A DNA stretch of 64,000 bases from an uncultured bacterium (GTDB lineage Bacteria; Babelota; Babeliae; Babelales; Babelaceae). The stretch covers positions 1,472,001 to 1,536,000 of the forward strand of contig CAWFXL010000001.1 in the NCBI GenBank assembly GCA_963819815.1, given 5' to 3'. Within the stretch, counting starts at the first letter, position 1. The number at the start of each line of letters is the position of its first letter. The notes beneath the pieces are model-generated. The model was not told the origin of the DNA, ran no database searches, and saw nothing but the letters and a program-made list of their open reading frames with translations. The translations under genes were made by a program, and so were the position numbers. Below, piece after piece: positions 48,999 through 59,800 of this stretch.

Positions 48999-50741
48999 AT
49001 GAAATTCTCAACGGTAGCTCAAGCATTTTTAGCGCTCGGGCAAGAGTCTTCTCGTACGGCGATGACCGAGCTGTTAGCAGCCTTGTTAAAAGAGGCCACC
49101 CCTCATGAGGCACAACTTATAAGTTACCTGACCTTAGGAAGCTTACGTCCTGCATATCAGGGATATCAGTTTAATCTTGCTGAAAAAAGTATGATTAAAG
49201 TCATTGCCCAGATCCAAGGAGCAGAACTTGCTGAGTTTACTAAGCTCGTTAAATCTGCAGGAGATATTGGTAAGGCGATGAGAGAAGGTTCATGGCAGTT
49301 TACAGACCAAGGACTCTCACTGGAAGAAGTCTATACTCAGCTAGAGAGGGTACGAGCAATCTCAGGTACTGGATCTCAGGAAGAAAAAGCTGCTGCACTT
49401 ATAGAACTTTTAACGAAAGTTGATCAGGTATCTGCTTCCTTCATTACCCAAATAGTTATCGGAACCATGCGCTTAGGGTTCTCGGATATGACCCTATTGG
49501 ATGCACTTTCTTGGATGGTAACGGGAACTAAATCGCTTAAGAAGACTCTTGAAGATGCGTATAATTTGCGTGCTGATTGTGGCCTTATTGCTTACACCTT
49601 AAAGAAAGATGGAATAGAAGCCGTTGCCGCTATGCAACCGACGTTAGGTATTCCTATTCGGTTAGCAGCAGCAGAGCGCGCTGAGAGTCCACAAGCTATT
49701 ATTGAGCGGTTAGGAACCTGTGTAGCACAGCCAAAGCTAGATGGGTTTCGCTTACAGATCCACATCCAAAAAACTGGATCTAAGGTGCATATGTGGTTCT
49801 TCTCACGGAACCTCTTAGATATGTCCTACATGTTTCCCGATTTAGAGAAAGCTCTCGAGCCGGTGAAAGCAACATCACTTATTGTTGAGGGTGAAGCAAT
49901 TGTCTACGATGAGGAAACAGAACGCTTTCTCCCTTTCCAGGAGACCGTAAAAAGAAAACGTAAGCATGATATTGAGGAAGTAGCGCAATCGCTTCCCTTG
50001 AGGCTCTATCTTTTTGATATTCTCTATCTTAATGGGCAGCCAGTGATCAACCTTGGGCATGAGGAACGGAGAGCACACCTTATAAATCTTTTTGGTAGCT
50101 ATCCAAATGAGACCGTTCAGGTTATTGCAGAGAAGATCTGCCATACGACAAAAGAGCTCAGTGACTATTTTAATGAGCAGATAACCCAGGGCTTAGAAGG
50201 TCTAGTTGTAAAGCGGCCAGATGCTTCCTATCAGGCTGGTAAGCGTAATTTTAATTGGATTAAACTCAAACGACATCATGAAGGTCAGTTAACCGATACC
50301 TTAGATGCGGTAATTCTTGGGTACTATACCGGTCGGGGAAAGCGCGGTGCCTTTGGTATAGGAGCATTCCTTGTGGGAGTCTATAACGAAGAGACTGATC
50401 GCTATGAAACGATAGCAAAGGTAGGAACGGGCCTTACTGATGCAGAATGGCTTGACCTTAAGAAAAAATGTGATGTCTACAGAGTCCCTGAAAAACCTTC
50501 AAATGTGAGCTGTGCTCAAGAGCTTACTCCAGATGTCTGGGTAGCTCCACAAATCGTAGCGGTAATTCTAGCAGATGAGATCACTCAATCTCCGATGCAT
50601 CGGGCAGGATCTACAGAAACTACACCGGGATTAGCCTTACGGTTTCCTCGATTCATGGGCTTTGCTCTCGATAAGAAACCTGAGCAAGCGACAACAGTTA
50701 AGGAGTGTCGTCGGCTCTATGAGTTGCAATTCAAGGGGTGA
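48999..50741 (+). CDS. ATP-dependent DNA ligase with N-terminal DNA-binding domain (LigB/archaeal-eukaryotic type)
   Basis: Motif I 'QPKLDGFR', III 'EGEAIV', IIIa 'LFDILY', IV 'EGLVVK', V 'WIKLK', VI 'ALRFPRF'. Confidence 0.93.
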   Translation: MKFSTVAQAFLALGQESSRTAMTELLAALLKEATPHEAQLISYLTLGSLRPAYQGYQFNLAEKSMIKVIAQIQGAELAEFTKLVKSAGDIGKAMREGSWQFTDQGLSLEEVYTQLERVRAISGTGSQEEKAAALIELLTKVDQVSASFITQIVIGTMRLGFSDMTLLDALSWMVTGTKSLKKTLEDAYNLRADCGLIAYTLKKDGIEAVAAMQPTLGIPIRLAAAERAESPQAIIERLGTCVAQPKLDGFRLQIHIQKTGSKVHMWFFSRNLLDMSYMFPDLEKALEPVKATSLIVEGEAIVYDEETERFLPFQETVKRKRKHDIEEVAQSLPLRLYLFDILYLNGQPVINLGHEERRAHLINLFGSYPNETVQVIAEKICHTTKELSDYFNEQITQGLEGLVVKRPDASYQAGKRNFNWIKLKRHHEGQLTDTLDAVILGYYTGRGKRGAFGIGAFLVGVYNEETDRYETIAKVGTGLTDAEWLDLKKKCDVYRVPEKPSNVSCAQELTPDVWVAPQIVAVILADEITQSPMHRAGSTETTPGLALRFPRFMGFALDKKPEQATTVKECRRLYELQFKG

Positions 50742-50816
50742 GGAATTCTTAGAGGTGCGTGCTTCTCAAGTATCCCTACAGTTGTTCTGAATTGTGCTTA
50801 CATTTTTTCGGTAGTA

Positions 50817-50847
50817 AGAAAGGTGGAAGCACAAAAGTGCTCCCACC
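50817..50847 (-). terminator. Intrinsic terminator of the downstream PstS-like gene
   Basis: Minus strand GGTGGGAGCAC-TTTT-GTGCTTCCACC followed by TTTCTT. Confidence 0.75.
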
Positions 50848-50877
50848 AATCAAATCAGAAATACAGTTCTCTAAGAA

Positions 50878-52209
50878 TTACCTGCATTTATCTTTGCATT
50901 TGTCTTTGCATCGGTCCCTATCTGGGCACGGTTTTTCATTACTTGGACATGTTCCTCCTGTGCAGCAGCTGTTTAGACCGGTGGTTTTGTCTACACAACA
51001 TGGGCATACTTTTGCGCTTATACAGCTTTCTGATGATGCTAAGCAGTCTAGTTGTTTAATAAATTGTGCAACAACCGATGATGGCAATGCTCCAAAACCG
51101 AGTGTAGTACCATTATTTTGTGCATAGGTTATGTAGAAGTTAAGGAACTTCTTCAACTCAATTGCTTGGCAATCAGACACTTGACAAGCAAGAGTTACAA
51201 GATTTGTAGGACTGGCAATAGGATATGCACCGGTAACTTTGCTATTAATAGTGCTATAGCGTAGTTGCGGGTCGCTCATTACATTCTGCATTGCAAGTGC
51301 AAAGGTGTTTGTATTTGGTGGTATGAATGTTCCTGATCCGTGGGGATTTTCTACGTTTCCTACCTCATTGGTTGGGAAAGGAGTCGAAGTAGGAATTTGC
51401 AATGGATATACTGATATGAGGTTATTATAGCCTACATAGCCTATCGCACCAGTAGTACCGTGAACGGTGTTTATTACAGCCTGTGTTCCGGTTTGTATAC
51501 TATAATTATTATTTGTACCGACAGGTGTACCATAAGCTTTTTGCCAATCAGTTGCTAAGAACGGACCGAAACCCTGAAGCGTCCAAGCTGGACTTGCGGT
51601 TCCGAGAACATCATTGAGGTAGGTAGTAAAGTCATTTGTTGAACCACTAGCGTCCGCGCGTACAACTATATGGATCGTCCTATTCTTATCAGTAGTAGTT
51701 GTCACATTCAAACCTGGTACCGCACCCCAGGTAGCATAGTGTCCAGCAAAAATCCCTGCAAGCATTTCAGCAGTAAAATGTAAGGGCTCGGTTTGACCTG
51801 GAAGATTATAGTAAGGTACTATGCCTGCAACTGCTACGGGCCAGTTGAGTAAAGGACCATTTGGACAGGTTTGAGCTGCTGTTGGTGGTACATCAGTTCC
51901 CCCAAATTGTTGAAATATAGGCTTGAGAATAGTATTCGTTATCCCAGCAAGAGAATTATTTGGAGTATTATTAGCAGGGGTACCGGTTGTGTTGTTATAC
52001 GTAAGCGTTAGAGCTGGGTCCTCATTATCATAAAAATTATCTACGACAAAATTGCTGAGAGAATAATTAGCTGTTCCAGTTTGACCTTGAACCGTTGATC
52101 CAAAGCCTGCAATGGTGTCATTTTTAAAGCAAGTGGATGTTGTAGTCTGTGCTGTCAGAGAAGCGCAGGCTACTGTTGAAAGTAATACTAAACTTAAAAA
52201 TTTCTTCAT
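50878..52209 (-). CDS. PstS-like phosphate-binding protein with Cys-rich C-terminal tail (paralogue 1)
   Basis: Signal peptide; 'GFGST', 'FGGTDVP', 'IVPYYNLPG', 'LAGIFAG...TW', 'RADASGST', 'GAIGYV', 'AYPIAS'; 12 Cys in the last 55 aa. Confidence 0.85.
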   Translation of the reverse strand: MKKFLSLVLLSTVACASLTAQTTTSTCFKNDTIAGFGSTVQGQTGTANYSLSNFVVDNFYDNEDPALTLTYNNTTGTPANNTPNNSLAGITNTILKPIFQQFGGTDVPPTAAQTCPNGPLLNWPVAVAGIVPYYNLPGQTEPLHFTAEMLAGIFAGHYATWGAVPGLNVTTTTDKNRTIHIVVRADASGSTNDFTTYLNDVLGTASPAWTLQGFGPFLATDWQKAYGTPVGTNNNYSIQTGTQAVINTVHGTTGAIGYVGYNNLISVYPLQIPTSTPFPTNEVGNVENPHGSGTFIPPNTNTFALAMQNVMSDPQLRYSTINSKVTGAYPIASPTNLVTLACQVSDCQAIELKKFLNFYITYAQNNGTTLGFGALPSSVVAQFIKQLDCLASSESCISAKVCPCCVDKTTGLNSCCTGGTCPSNEKPCPDRDRCKDKCKDKCR

Positions 52210-52342
52210 TTGATTTTCCTTTTTAAAAAAAAGATTGTTGTGTGTTTTTTACGATTTTGCAAGATCGGTTCTTGCTTTCTTTGGTCTAAAATGTGTTACT
52301 CGCCTTTCGTTTTAAGAGTTTCCAAATTAGTTTGCAGTTTTA

Positions 52343-52368
52343 GGTGGAAGCACCGAAGCGCTCCCACC
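52343..52368 (-). terminator. Duplicated hairpin after the upstream PstS-like gene
   Basis: Minus strand GGTGGGAGCGC-TTCG-GTGCTTCCACC, homologous to 50822-50847 but without a T tract. Confidence 0.55.
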
Positions 52369-52375
52369 AATCACA

Positions 52376-53725
52376 TTAGGAATACAGTTCTCTGAATCTG
52401 CATTTATCGTAGGTTCTTTCTTTGCAAGGGCATGGCTTTGCGTTGCTTGGACATGTTCCTCCTGTGCAGCAGGTGCTTAGACCAGTCTTTTGGTCGACAC
52501 AGCATGCACATACTTTTGTGCTGATACAGCTTTCTGAAGATGCTAAGCAGTCAAGTTGTTTGATGAATTGGGCAACAACTGATGCTGGTAATGCTCCAAC
52601 ACCAAAGTTGACTCCAAGTCTTTGCACGAGTGTTATATAGAAGTAAAGGAATTTCTTTAATTCAATTGCTTGGCAATCAGAAAATTGACAGGCAAGAGTT
52701 ACGAGGTTAGTAGGACTAGCTATTGGATATGCACTAGTTACAGGGCTATTGATCGTGTTATAGAGTAATTGCGGGTTACTTGGTACGTTCTGCATGGCAA
52801 GCGCAATAGTTGCTGACGATGGCGTTATAAAAAAACCTGTCCCATTTCCTGTATGGGGGTTCTCTACATTTCCTGCTGCTGTAGGGCCGACGGCGCTCAA
52901 CAGGCCCTGCATCAATGCATTATTATAGCCTACATACCCTATTGCGCCTACATGGGTTGGGCTTGAGATGGTTGTAAGCATCTGTTCTGTACCAATGGCG
53001 GTAAGATACGTACCGTCTACTGCTGGACCATAAGCCTGCATCCATTGAAAAGGACTGAATGGGCCGAAACCAGTAACGGTAGGACTCCAAGCAGGAGTTG
53101 CGGGAGCTTTAAGATTATCAAAGAGATAAGCAGTAAAGTCAGCTGTTGAGCCGCTCTGGTCACCGCGTACGACGATAGTGAGACTCTGATGACCAGGCTG
53201 GCTATCAGTAGCGTTAAGCCCTAAAAATTTGTATTTAGTCTGTACCTGATCCCAAGTCTTGAAATGGCCAGCAAAAATATCTGCGAGTGCTTCAGCAGTA
53301 AAATTTAATGGAGTTTTTTGGTTTGGGAGATTATAGAAGGGGACTATGCCGATAACTGCTACTGGCCAGTTGAGTAAAGGACCATTTGGACAGACTTGCG
53401 CTAGCGTTGGCGGTACATCGGTTCCTCCAAATAATTGGGTTACTGGGGAGATTATTGTTTCTATTATCCCAGCAGCAGAATTTTGGAACGATACACCGTC
53501 AGCATTATAGGTGAACGTTGGGCACTCATTAACACCTGCATACTGGGTTACAGCATACACACTGAGAGATCTATTACTCATATTAGCTGCATCCGATTGC
53601 CCTTGGACTGAAGAGCCATTCCCTTTAAAGATGGTTGGGAAGCAACAGGTAGTAGAAGTTTGCGCTATCAAGTGTGAAGAGATAGCAAAGGTTGAAAGTA
53701 CTAGTAAACGTAAAAATTTCTTCAT
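52376..53725 (-). CDS. PstS-like phosphate-binding protein with Cys-rich C-terminal tail (paralogue 2)
   Basis: Signal peptide; 'GNGSS', 'FGGTDVP', 'RGDQSGST', 'GAIGYV', 'AYPIAS'; 11-Cys tail nearly identical to paralogue 1. Confidence 0.85.
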   Translation of the reverse strand: MKKFLRLLVLSTFAISSHLIAQTSTTCCFPTIFKGNGSSVQGQSDAANMSNRSLSVYAVTQYAGVNECPTFTYNADGVSFQNSAAGIIETIISPVTQLFGGTDVPPTLAQVCPNGPLLNWPVAVIGIVPFYNLPNQKTPLNFTAEALADIFAGHFKTWDQVQTKYKFLGLNATDSQPGHQSLTIVVRGDQSGSTADFTAYLFDNLKAPATPAWSPTVTGFGPFSPFQWMQAYGPAVDGTYLTAIGTEQMLTTISSPTHVGAIGYVGYNNALMQGLLSAVGPTAAGNVENPHTGNGTGFFITPSSATIALAMQNVPSNPQLLYNTINSPVTSAYPIASPTNLVTLACQFSDCQAIELKKFLYFYITLVQRLGVNFGVGALPASVVAQFIKQLDCLASSESCISTKVCACCVDQKTGLSTCCTGGTCPSNAKPCPCKERTYDKCRFRELYS

Positions 53726-54225
53726 TGAATGACCCTTTTTTTGAAAAAAGATTGTTTATTATGTGATGCATGATCTTCTAGCTTTTCGTTAGTCTGATAC
53801 GTGTTAGGCGCCTTTCGCTTATTAAGAGTTCTACAAACTAATCTCAGTACATGGTAGATGGTTATCTCAATTGGATTGAAAGATATACGCTAACACTATA
53901 GCTTATTCAGTTGAGCAAAAACAAGGATTTTGTACCTTATTTTTAAGAGAGCTCAATGCAAGGTATCTGCTACCTATAGCTCTCATCTAAGAGAATCATA
54001 CAGTATGCATACCAAGTGAATTCTATGATTCTTTAACGGGGTGCACTCAGTTTTGCTTATTGGTAGTTTCTCAGGCAGTATATTTTTTTTTGCCTAACCT
54101 TTACCTGAGTAGTAACTTCTTGGCTATTATGTTGCGTGTGCAATATGGTCTATGCTATTCTGATCCAGCACGGTATCCTTAGGTACCTCTTACAAGATCC
54201 TGAGGATCATTTACGAAGGAAAACA

Positions 54226-55611
54226 ATGTCAGTAAAGAAAATGTTTGTCTTAGATAGCAACGTATTACTCTATGACCCCGATGCCCTGTTTGCCTATGCA
54301 GATGCAGTGGTAGGGATACCGATTATGGTTCTTGAAGAGCTTGATATCTTTAAAGGCGAGTCGACTGAGCGTGGCTATAATTGTCGAGAGGTTATAAGGC
54401 GTTTAGATGCCTTACGAGAGAGAGGCTCCTTAAAAGAAGGGGTCCAGCTTGATAATGGAGGGATCCTTAGGATTCTCTTTTTCTCGCAATCGGGAGCCTG
54501 TGATCCTTCTCCTTTACCTCTTGAGGTGATCGATAATCGGATACTCTATCTTGCCTATTGTGAGCAAACTCGTGGGTACGAAGTACACTTTGTGACGAAA
54601 GACCTTAATGCACGTGTAAAAGCTGAGGTTATTGGCCTGACTGCTGAAAACTATACCACCGAAGTAGTATCTCAAGATGTGCTCTTTAAAGGATGGGTCA
54701 AAGTAACGGTTCCCTCTATTCAGTTAAAGCAAGGAATTCCTGAAGGGCTTCTTGAGTTCGCAAAAGACTATACCTTTTCAATGAATGAGTTTGCATTGGT
54801 TGAAAGCAGAAACAACCCCTTTAACTATGAGGTGTTTCGCTATGTGGGGCGCGACAAGTTCGTGCCTGTTGTAACACCAAAGATTAACTGGCCGGTAGAA
54901 CCTCGTAATCCTCAGCAGCTTATGGCGCTTGATCTCTTATTTGATAACTCGATTCAGTTTGTATCACTCATCGGTCCTGCAGGGACCGGTAAGACCTTTC
55001 TTATCCTGTTAGCAGCGCTTCATAAGGCCCTTATTGAGCAAGAATATGAAAAGATTCTCATTACTCGCCCTGTAGTTCCCTTGGGTCCTGATATTGGGTA
55101 CCTACCTGGCGATATCCAAGAAAAGCTTCATAGTTGGATGCAGCCCATTTATGATAATATGGACTTTATTTCCCACGCAGTAAATGCAGCAAGCCAGATG
55201 GCTTTATACAAAGAAGAAGGACTGCCTTCGCGCATGAAAAAACAGCGTATTAAGCAGCCCCGAACTGCCCAGATTCCTGGTATTCAGGAGCTTATTGAAG
55301 AGGGGCGCATCAGCTTAGAGGCCATTACCTATATGCGTGGTCGTTCAATTCCCTATCAGTTTATTTTTATAGATGAGGTGCAGAACCTCACACCGCATGA
55401 GGTGAAAACTTTAATCAGTAGGGTGGGCGAAGGAAGTAAGATTATTCTCGCAGGGGATCCTTATCAAATCGATTCACCATACCTTGATTTTACGAGCAAT
55501 GGCCTTGTAGTCGCAAGCTCGAAGTTTAGAGGACAGCCACTGTTTGGATCAGTGTTTCTAGAATCAAGCGAGCGAAGTGAGTTAAGTAGGTTAGCAGGGC
55601 AACTCCTTTAA
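54226..55611 (+). CDS. PhoH-family ATPase with N-terminal PIN domain (PhoH2/YlaK-like)
   Basis: PIN 'VLDSNVLL', 'VLEELD', 'DNRIL', 'TKDLN'; PhoH 'GPAGTGKT', 'GYLPG', 'YMRGRS', 'IDEVQN', 'GDPYQID'. Confidence 0.92.
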   Translation: MSVKKMFVLDSNVLLYDPDALFAYADAVVGIPIMVLEELDIFKGESTERGYNCREVIRRLDALRERGSLKEGVQLDNGGILRILFFSQSGACDPSPLPLEVIDNRILYLAYCEQTRGYEVHFVTKDLNARVKAEVIGLTAENYTTEVVSQDVLFKGWVKVTVPSIQLKQGIPEGLLEFAKDYTFSMNEFALVESRNNPFNYEVFRYVGRDKFVPVVTPKINWPVEPRNPQQLMALDLLFDNSIQFVSLIGPAGTGKTFLILLAALHKALIEQEYEKILITRPVVPLGPDIGYLPGDIQEKLHSWMQPIYDNMDFISHAVNAASQMALYKEEGLPSRMKKQRIKQPRTAQIPGIQELIEEGRISLEAITYMRGRSIPYQFIFIDEVQNLTPHEVKTLISRVGEGSKIILAGDPYQIDSPYLDFTSNGLVVASSKFRGQPLFGSVFLESSERSELSRLAGQLL

Positions 55612-56441
55612 GGGATAACCCCTAATGAGCGTAAATCACTGCGCAGTTGCTGGTAATCTTTGTTATGTATGAGTACGGCTTGCATATTGCATTTGCGTGC
55701 TGCACGGACATTGACCGCTTGGTCGTCGATGAGAACGCATTCTTGAGGATTCAGGTGATAGGTCTCAATAAGATACTCAAAGGCGTTTTGGTTTGGCTTA
55801 ATGCGTTTAATATGGCCTGAAATGACTATCTCTTCAAAGTACCTAAATACAGCCATATGCTGTCCTTTAAAGATATCAAAGGAGATCTGGTCCCAGTTTG
55901 AAAACACAAATTGACGATGAGCCTTCGTACCATCCTTATTTTTCATACGATACGATTCCTGTAGGAGTTTGATTCCTTCTTCTGCCGGATGAATGTTGCG
56001 TGCAAGTACCACGGGATCAAACATGGCTTTGATGCATCGCCAAATAAGGTTCATCTGAGCTTTGCTGTCAAAGTAATCGCAGGCATAGAGCTTCTTGATC
56101 AAAGGACGACTTTGTTGAACAATCTCTTCACCCGTAACGGTTCCTGCTTGCCATTTGCACATGATGGGGGGTAAGCACAAGCCGTGCGAAGATCCTGCAA
56201 CGTCCTTTCTTTGCGTCTCGTCTTGATCAAGATGATTAATCACATCAAAAAGTACCGGCTGGATGTTTGGAGAGCGGAAGTCGAAGATGGCGTGACTTAA
56301 GAAGTTTTCAAGGCCAACCTCAAGAGCAACTCCGATTTTGTCAGGCTCAAAGAGTACACCACCAAGGTCCCAAAGGATGACCTTAGCAGGTAAACTAAAG
56401 AAGGTGCAGAGCATTATACAGAGAATTACTTTTCTGGGCAT
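55608..56441 (-). CDS. HAD-superfamily hydrolase with apparent signal peptide
   Basis: Motif I 'WDLGGVL', 'FSN', 'KP...AF', 'LIDDQ..NV'. Confidence 0.82.
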   Translation of the reverse strand: MPRKVILCIMLCTFFSLPAKVILWDLGGVLFEPDKIGVALEVGLENFLSHAIFDFRSPNIQPVLFDVINHLDQDETQRKDVAGSSHGLCLPPIMCKWQAGTVTGEEIVQQSRPLIKKLYACDYFDSKAQMNLIWRCIKAMFDPVVLARNIHPAEEGIKLLQESYRMKNKDGTKAHRQFVFSNWDQISFDIFKGQHMAVFRYFEEIVISGHIKRIKPNQNAFEYLIETYHLNPQECVLIDDQAVNVRAARKCNMQAVLIHNKDYQQLRSDLRSLGVIP

Positions 56442-56539
56442 TCGACTCCTTTTTTTGCCATTAGCTCTAGTATACCCTTGCAATGGTATTTTTTGGAAGA
56501 GAATACCTGCTCAGTTGAGTGACATTGTTAAGCTACAAC

Positions 56540-56569
56540 AAAACCCCTGCAACCAGAAAGCTGCAGGGG
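56540..56569 (-). terminator. Intrinsic terminator after the acidic small protein
   Basis: Minus strand CCCCTGCAGC-TTTCTG-GTTGCAGGGG followed by TTTT. Confidence 0.8.
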
Positions 56570-56594
56570 CTCATTATTCTTAGAGTTTAACTAC

Positions 56595-56810
56595 TTACTC
56601 GTCGTCATCCTCATCTTCATCGTCGAAGTCATCATCGTCATCATCATCGTCGTCGTCATCATCGTCGTCATCTTCTTCATCTTCGTCATCGACTTTAGCT
56701 GAAAAAAATTGCTTACCAGGATGCTCTCCTCGAGTATCTTTTCTGGTTTCCGCAATAAGCGGAGTCATCTGTTTGCTTACCGAAGCAAGTAACGTTATAG
56801 GTAGCGCCAT
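56595..56810 (-). CDS. Small protein with an extremely acidic (poly-Asp/Glu) C-terminus
   Basis: AAAAGG RBS; tail 'DDEDEEDDDDDDDDDDDDDDFDDEDEDDDE' encoded by mixed GAT/GAC/GAA codons; followed by a terminator. Confidence 0.7.
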   Translation of the reverse strand: MALPITLLASVSKQMTPLIAETRKDTRGEHPGKQFFSAKVDDEDEEDDDDDDDDDDDDDDDFDDEDEDDDE

Positions 56811-56843
56811 AGACAATCCTTTTAGGTGAAAGTGGTGGTTTTT

Positions 56844-59800
56844 TTAAATATGAATATGAGCAAGTATATTATATTCTTTCAGCTCTTTCAAAAATTTCTC
56901 AGTTACCGTAATTCGTTCCTTTGCCAGGAGCGAGAATCGTCGCTCCTGTTCAGTAAACTGAAGCTCTAAAGGCACCGTACCCGGTTGAGCAGTTCTTTTA
57001 AGAGTTGCAAGAATATCGGTGGTCACTGCTGCGGGAAGCTGCAGAACTACTTTTGTTGCAAGCTTAAGCTCAAATAAAAGATCGAGAGGAATAATAGTTT
57101 GGGCTTTTATCTTGATGATGTCTGATGAGGCGTCGACCGCTCCTTTGACGATAAATACGCTATAGGATTTCAGGTGCTCTTCGCTTTGCGCAAATGTTTT
57201 TGGGAAGATCACGATTTCTGCTTTGCTCTGATAATCCTCAAAGAGGGCGAATGCCATTTTATCCCCCTTTTTGGTGGTTATAACTTTATGGCTTTTAAGG
57301 GTTCCACAGGTGATAACGAGTGTTTCAGCAGGTAGCTGAGCAGCTTGCTCAAAGCTCAGTGCATTAATCCATTGTATATGGTGCACATAACTATCAAGGG
57401 GCTGAGCACTGATATAGAGACCAAGGACCTCTTTTTCCTTCTCAAGCTTCTCACTGTCGGACCATTCTGCAAGAGGATGAAACGTGTACTCAACATGTTT
57501 TTCAATGTTTGTTTGGGGCAGATCAAAAAGGCCCATTTGACCCGTTTGTTCTGACTTTTTCTTCTCAAGGGCTTTCTCAATAACCTTAGGAAGCTCTTCA
57601 TGCTTTTGAGCACGATTACCAGGAAGGGAATCAAAAGCTCCTGCGCTAATCAGATTTTCGATGACACGCTTATTGCAGGTTCGTAAATCGATACGCTTAC
57701 AAAAATCTAAGAGATCTTTAAAAGGACCACCTTCAGTACGATGAGCAAGCATAGAATCAAGAGCTGCCATGCCCACATTCTTAATACCTCTCAGTCCAAA
57801 ACGAATGACTCCATTAACCACGGTAAAGTCTGTCTGTGATTCATTAATATCAGGTGGTAGTACCTTAAGTCCTCTATCTCGTGCTTCATATACATATTTT
57901 GCCATCGACTCTGCATTACCCATCTCAAGAGAGATTAAGCAGGCGAGGAACTCTGCAGGATAGTTTGCCTTTAAGTAAGCAGTTTGATAGGCAATGAGCG
58001 CATATGCTGCTGAGTGTGACTTATTAAATCCGTATCCTGCAAAGTAGGCCATGAGGTCAAAGAGCTCTTTTGCCTTCTCTGTATCAAAGTTACGAGCGGT
58101 TGCTTTGTCCATGAAGATCTTGCGCTGCTCATCCATAACCTCAACTTTCTTTTTTCCCATGGCGCGTCGAAGAATGTCAGCTTCCCCGAGGCTGTAGCCA
58201 CCTATCGTAGAAGCGATTTTAATGACCTGCTCCTGATAAACAATAACCCCATAGGTTTCTGAAAGCAGGGGCTCAAGCTCAGGAAAGAGATAAATAATTT
58301 CTTGGCGTCCATGCTTTCGTTCAATAAAGTCGTCGACCATTCCAGATCCAAGTGGACCTGGTCGGTACAGTGCGTTTACTGCAATAATATCTTCAAAACA
58401 GGCAGGCTGGAGTTTGCGTAGAACTTCTTTAAGACCGCTCGACTCTAATTGGAATACCCCCGATGTTTCGCCTTTACCAAGTAGCACAAAGGTTTTGGGG
58501 TCATCAAGAGGGATACGGGTAATATCGATCACCGTACCATGGAGCTTCTTAATAAGGTCCGTAGTATGTTTGATCAGCGTGAGATTCTTAAGTCCCAAAA
58601 AGTCCATCTTCAAGAAACCCAGAGTTTCAAGTTCGGTCATCGCATATTGGGTTACCAAGTCAGATGTCTTTGGCGGCACAAATACGGGGAGCATATCACT
58701 AATCGGTTCAGGTGCGATAACAATACCCGCAGCATGCTTAGAGGCATGCCGAGTAACTCCTTCAAGCCGTTTTGCAAGATCAAAGAGCTTGGCAACTTGA
58801 GGGTTGGTATCGATCATCTCTTGGAGCTTAGGCTCTTGCTTAATGGCCTCATCAAGCGTTATTTTAAGCTGATCAGGGATAAAGTTAGTAAGCGTATTTG
58901 AGTCTTCAAAAGGGAAGCCCAACGCTCGAGCAACATCTTTGATAACCCCTTTTGCAAGCATAGTACCAAATGTAATAATCTGACAGACCTTATCGTGTCC
59001 ATACCGATCCTTTACGTAGTTAATAACCGCATCGCGGCCATTAATACAAAAGTCGATATCGATATCTGGCATCGATACCCGCTCTGGATTTAAAAAACGC
59101 TCAAAGAGGAGATTGTACTTTAAAGGATCAATATCAGTAATTTGCAAAGACCAGGCAACAAGACTCCCGGCTGCAGAGCCCCTACCTGGGCCTACAGGAA
59201 TATCATTGGCACGAGCCCATGCAATAAAGTCGCTCACCACAAGGAAGTATCCGACGAAGCCCATCTTGATAATAAGCTGCACTTCAAGCTCAAGTCGATC
59301 GCGATATTCTTGCTCTTTTATCCGTTCAATTCTTTCAGAATCGAGCAATTTATTGAGCCCTTCGAAACATATCTTATGAAAGTAGGTATCTTCCGTATAA
59401 TCGGGGGGCAGCTCAAACTTAGGGAAAAAGAGTTTACCCGTTTCAAACTGGAAGTTGCAGCTATCTGCTATTTTACCACTATTCCATACGGCATCTTCGT
59501 GATCCTTAAAGCTGACAAGCATCTCATCGGGTGTGCGAATATACGCTCTACAGTCGCCAAACGTAAACCGGTCAGTATCTGAGACTTTTGCATGAGTTTG
59601 GATGGCGAGCATCGTTTCATGAGCTTCATGATCATCTTGCGATACATAGTGACAGTCTCCTGCTGCAACCAGCTGGATACCACGGCGCTTACTCACTTCA
59701 TACAGACGATTATTAAGTATGACCTGCTCCTGCTGGTCTGCTGGTTGTACCTCTAAATAGAAGCGCTCTTCACCAAATACCCGTAAAAACCAGTCAATTC

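Noticed and set aside
50759..52640. Similar plus-strand ORFs at 50759-51127 and 52422-52640 as a duplicated gene family
   Set aside because: Their similarity is explained by being antisense to the conserved Cys-rich tails of the two PstS-like genes.
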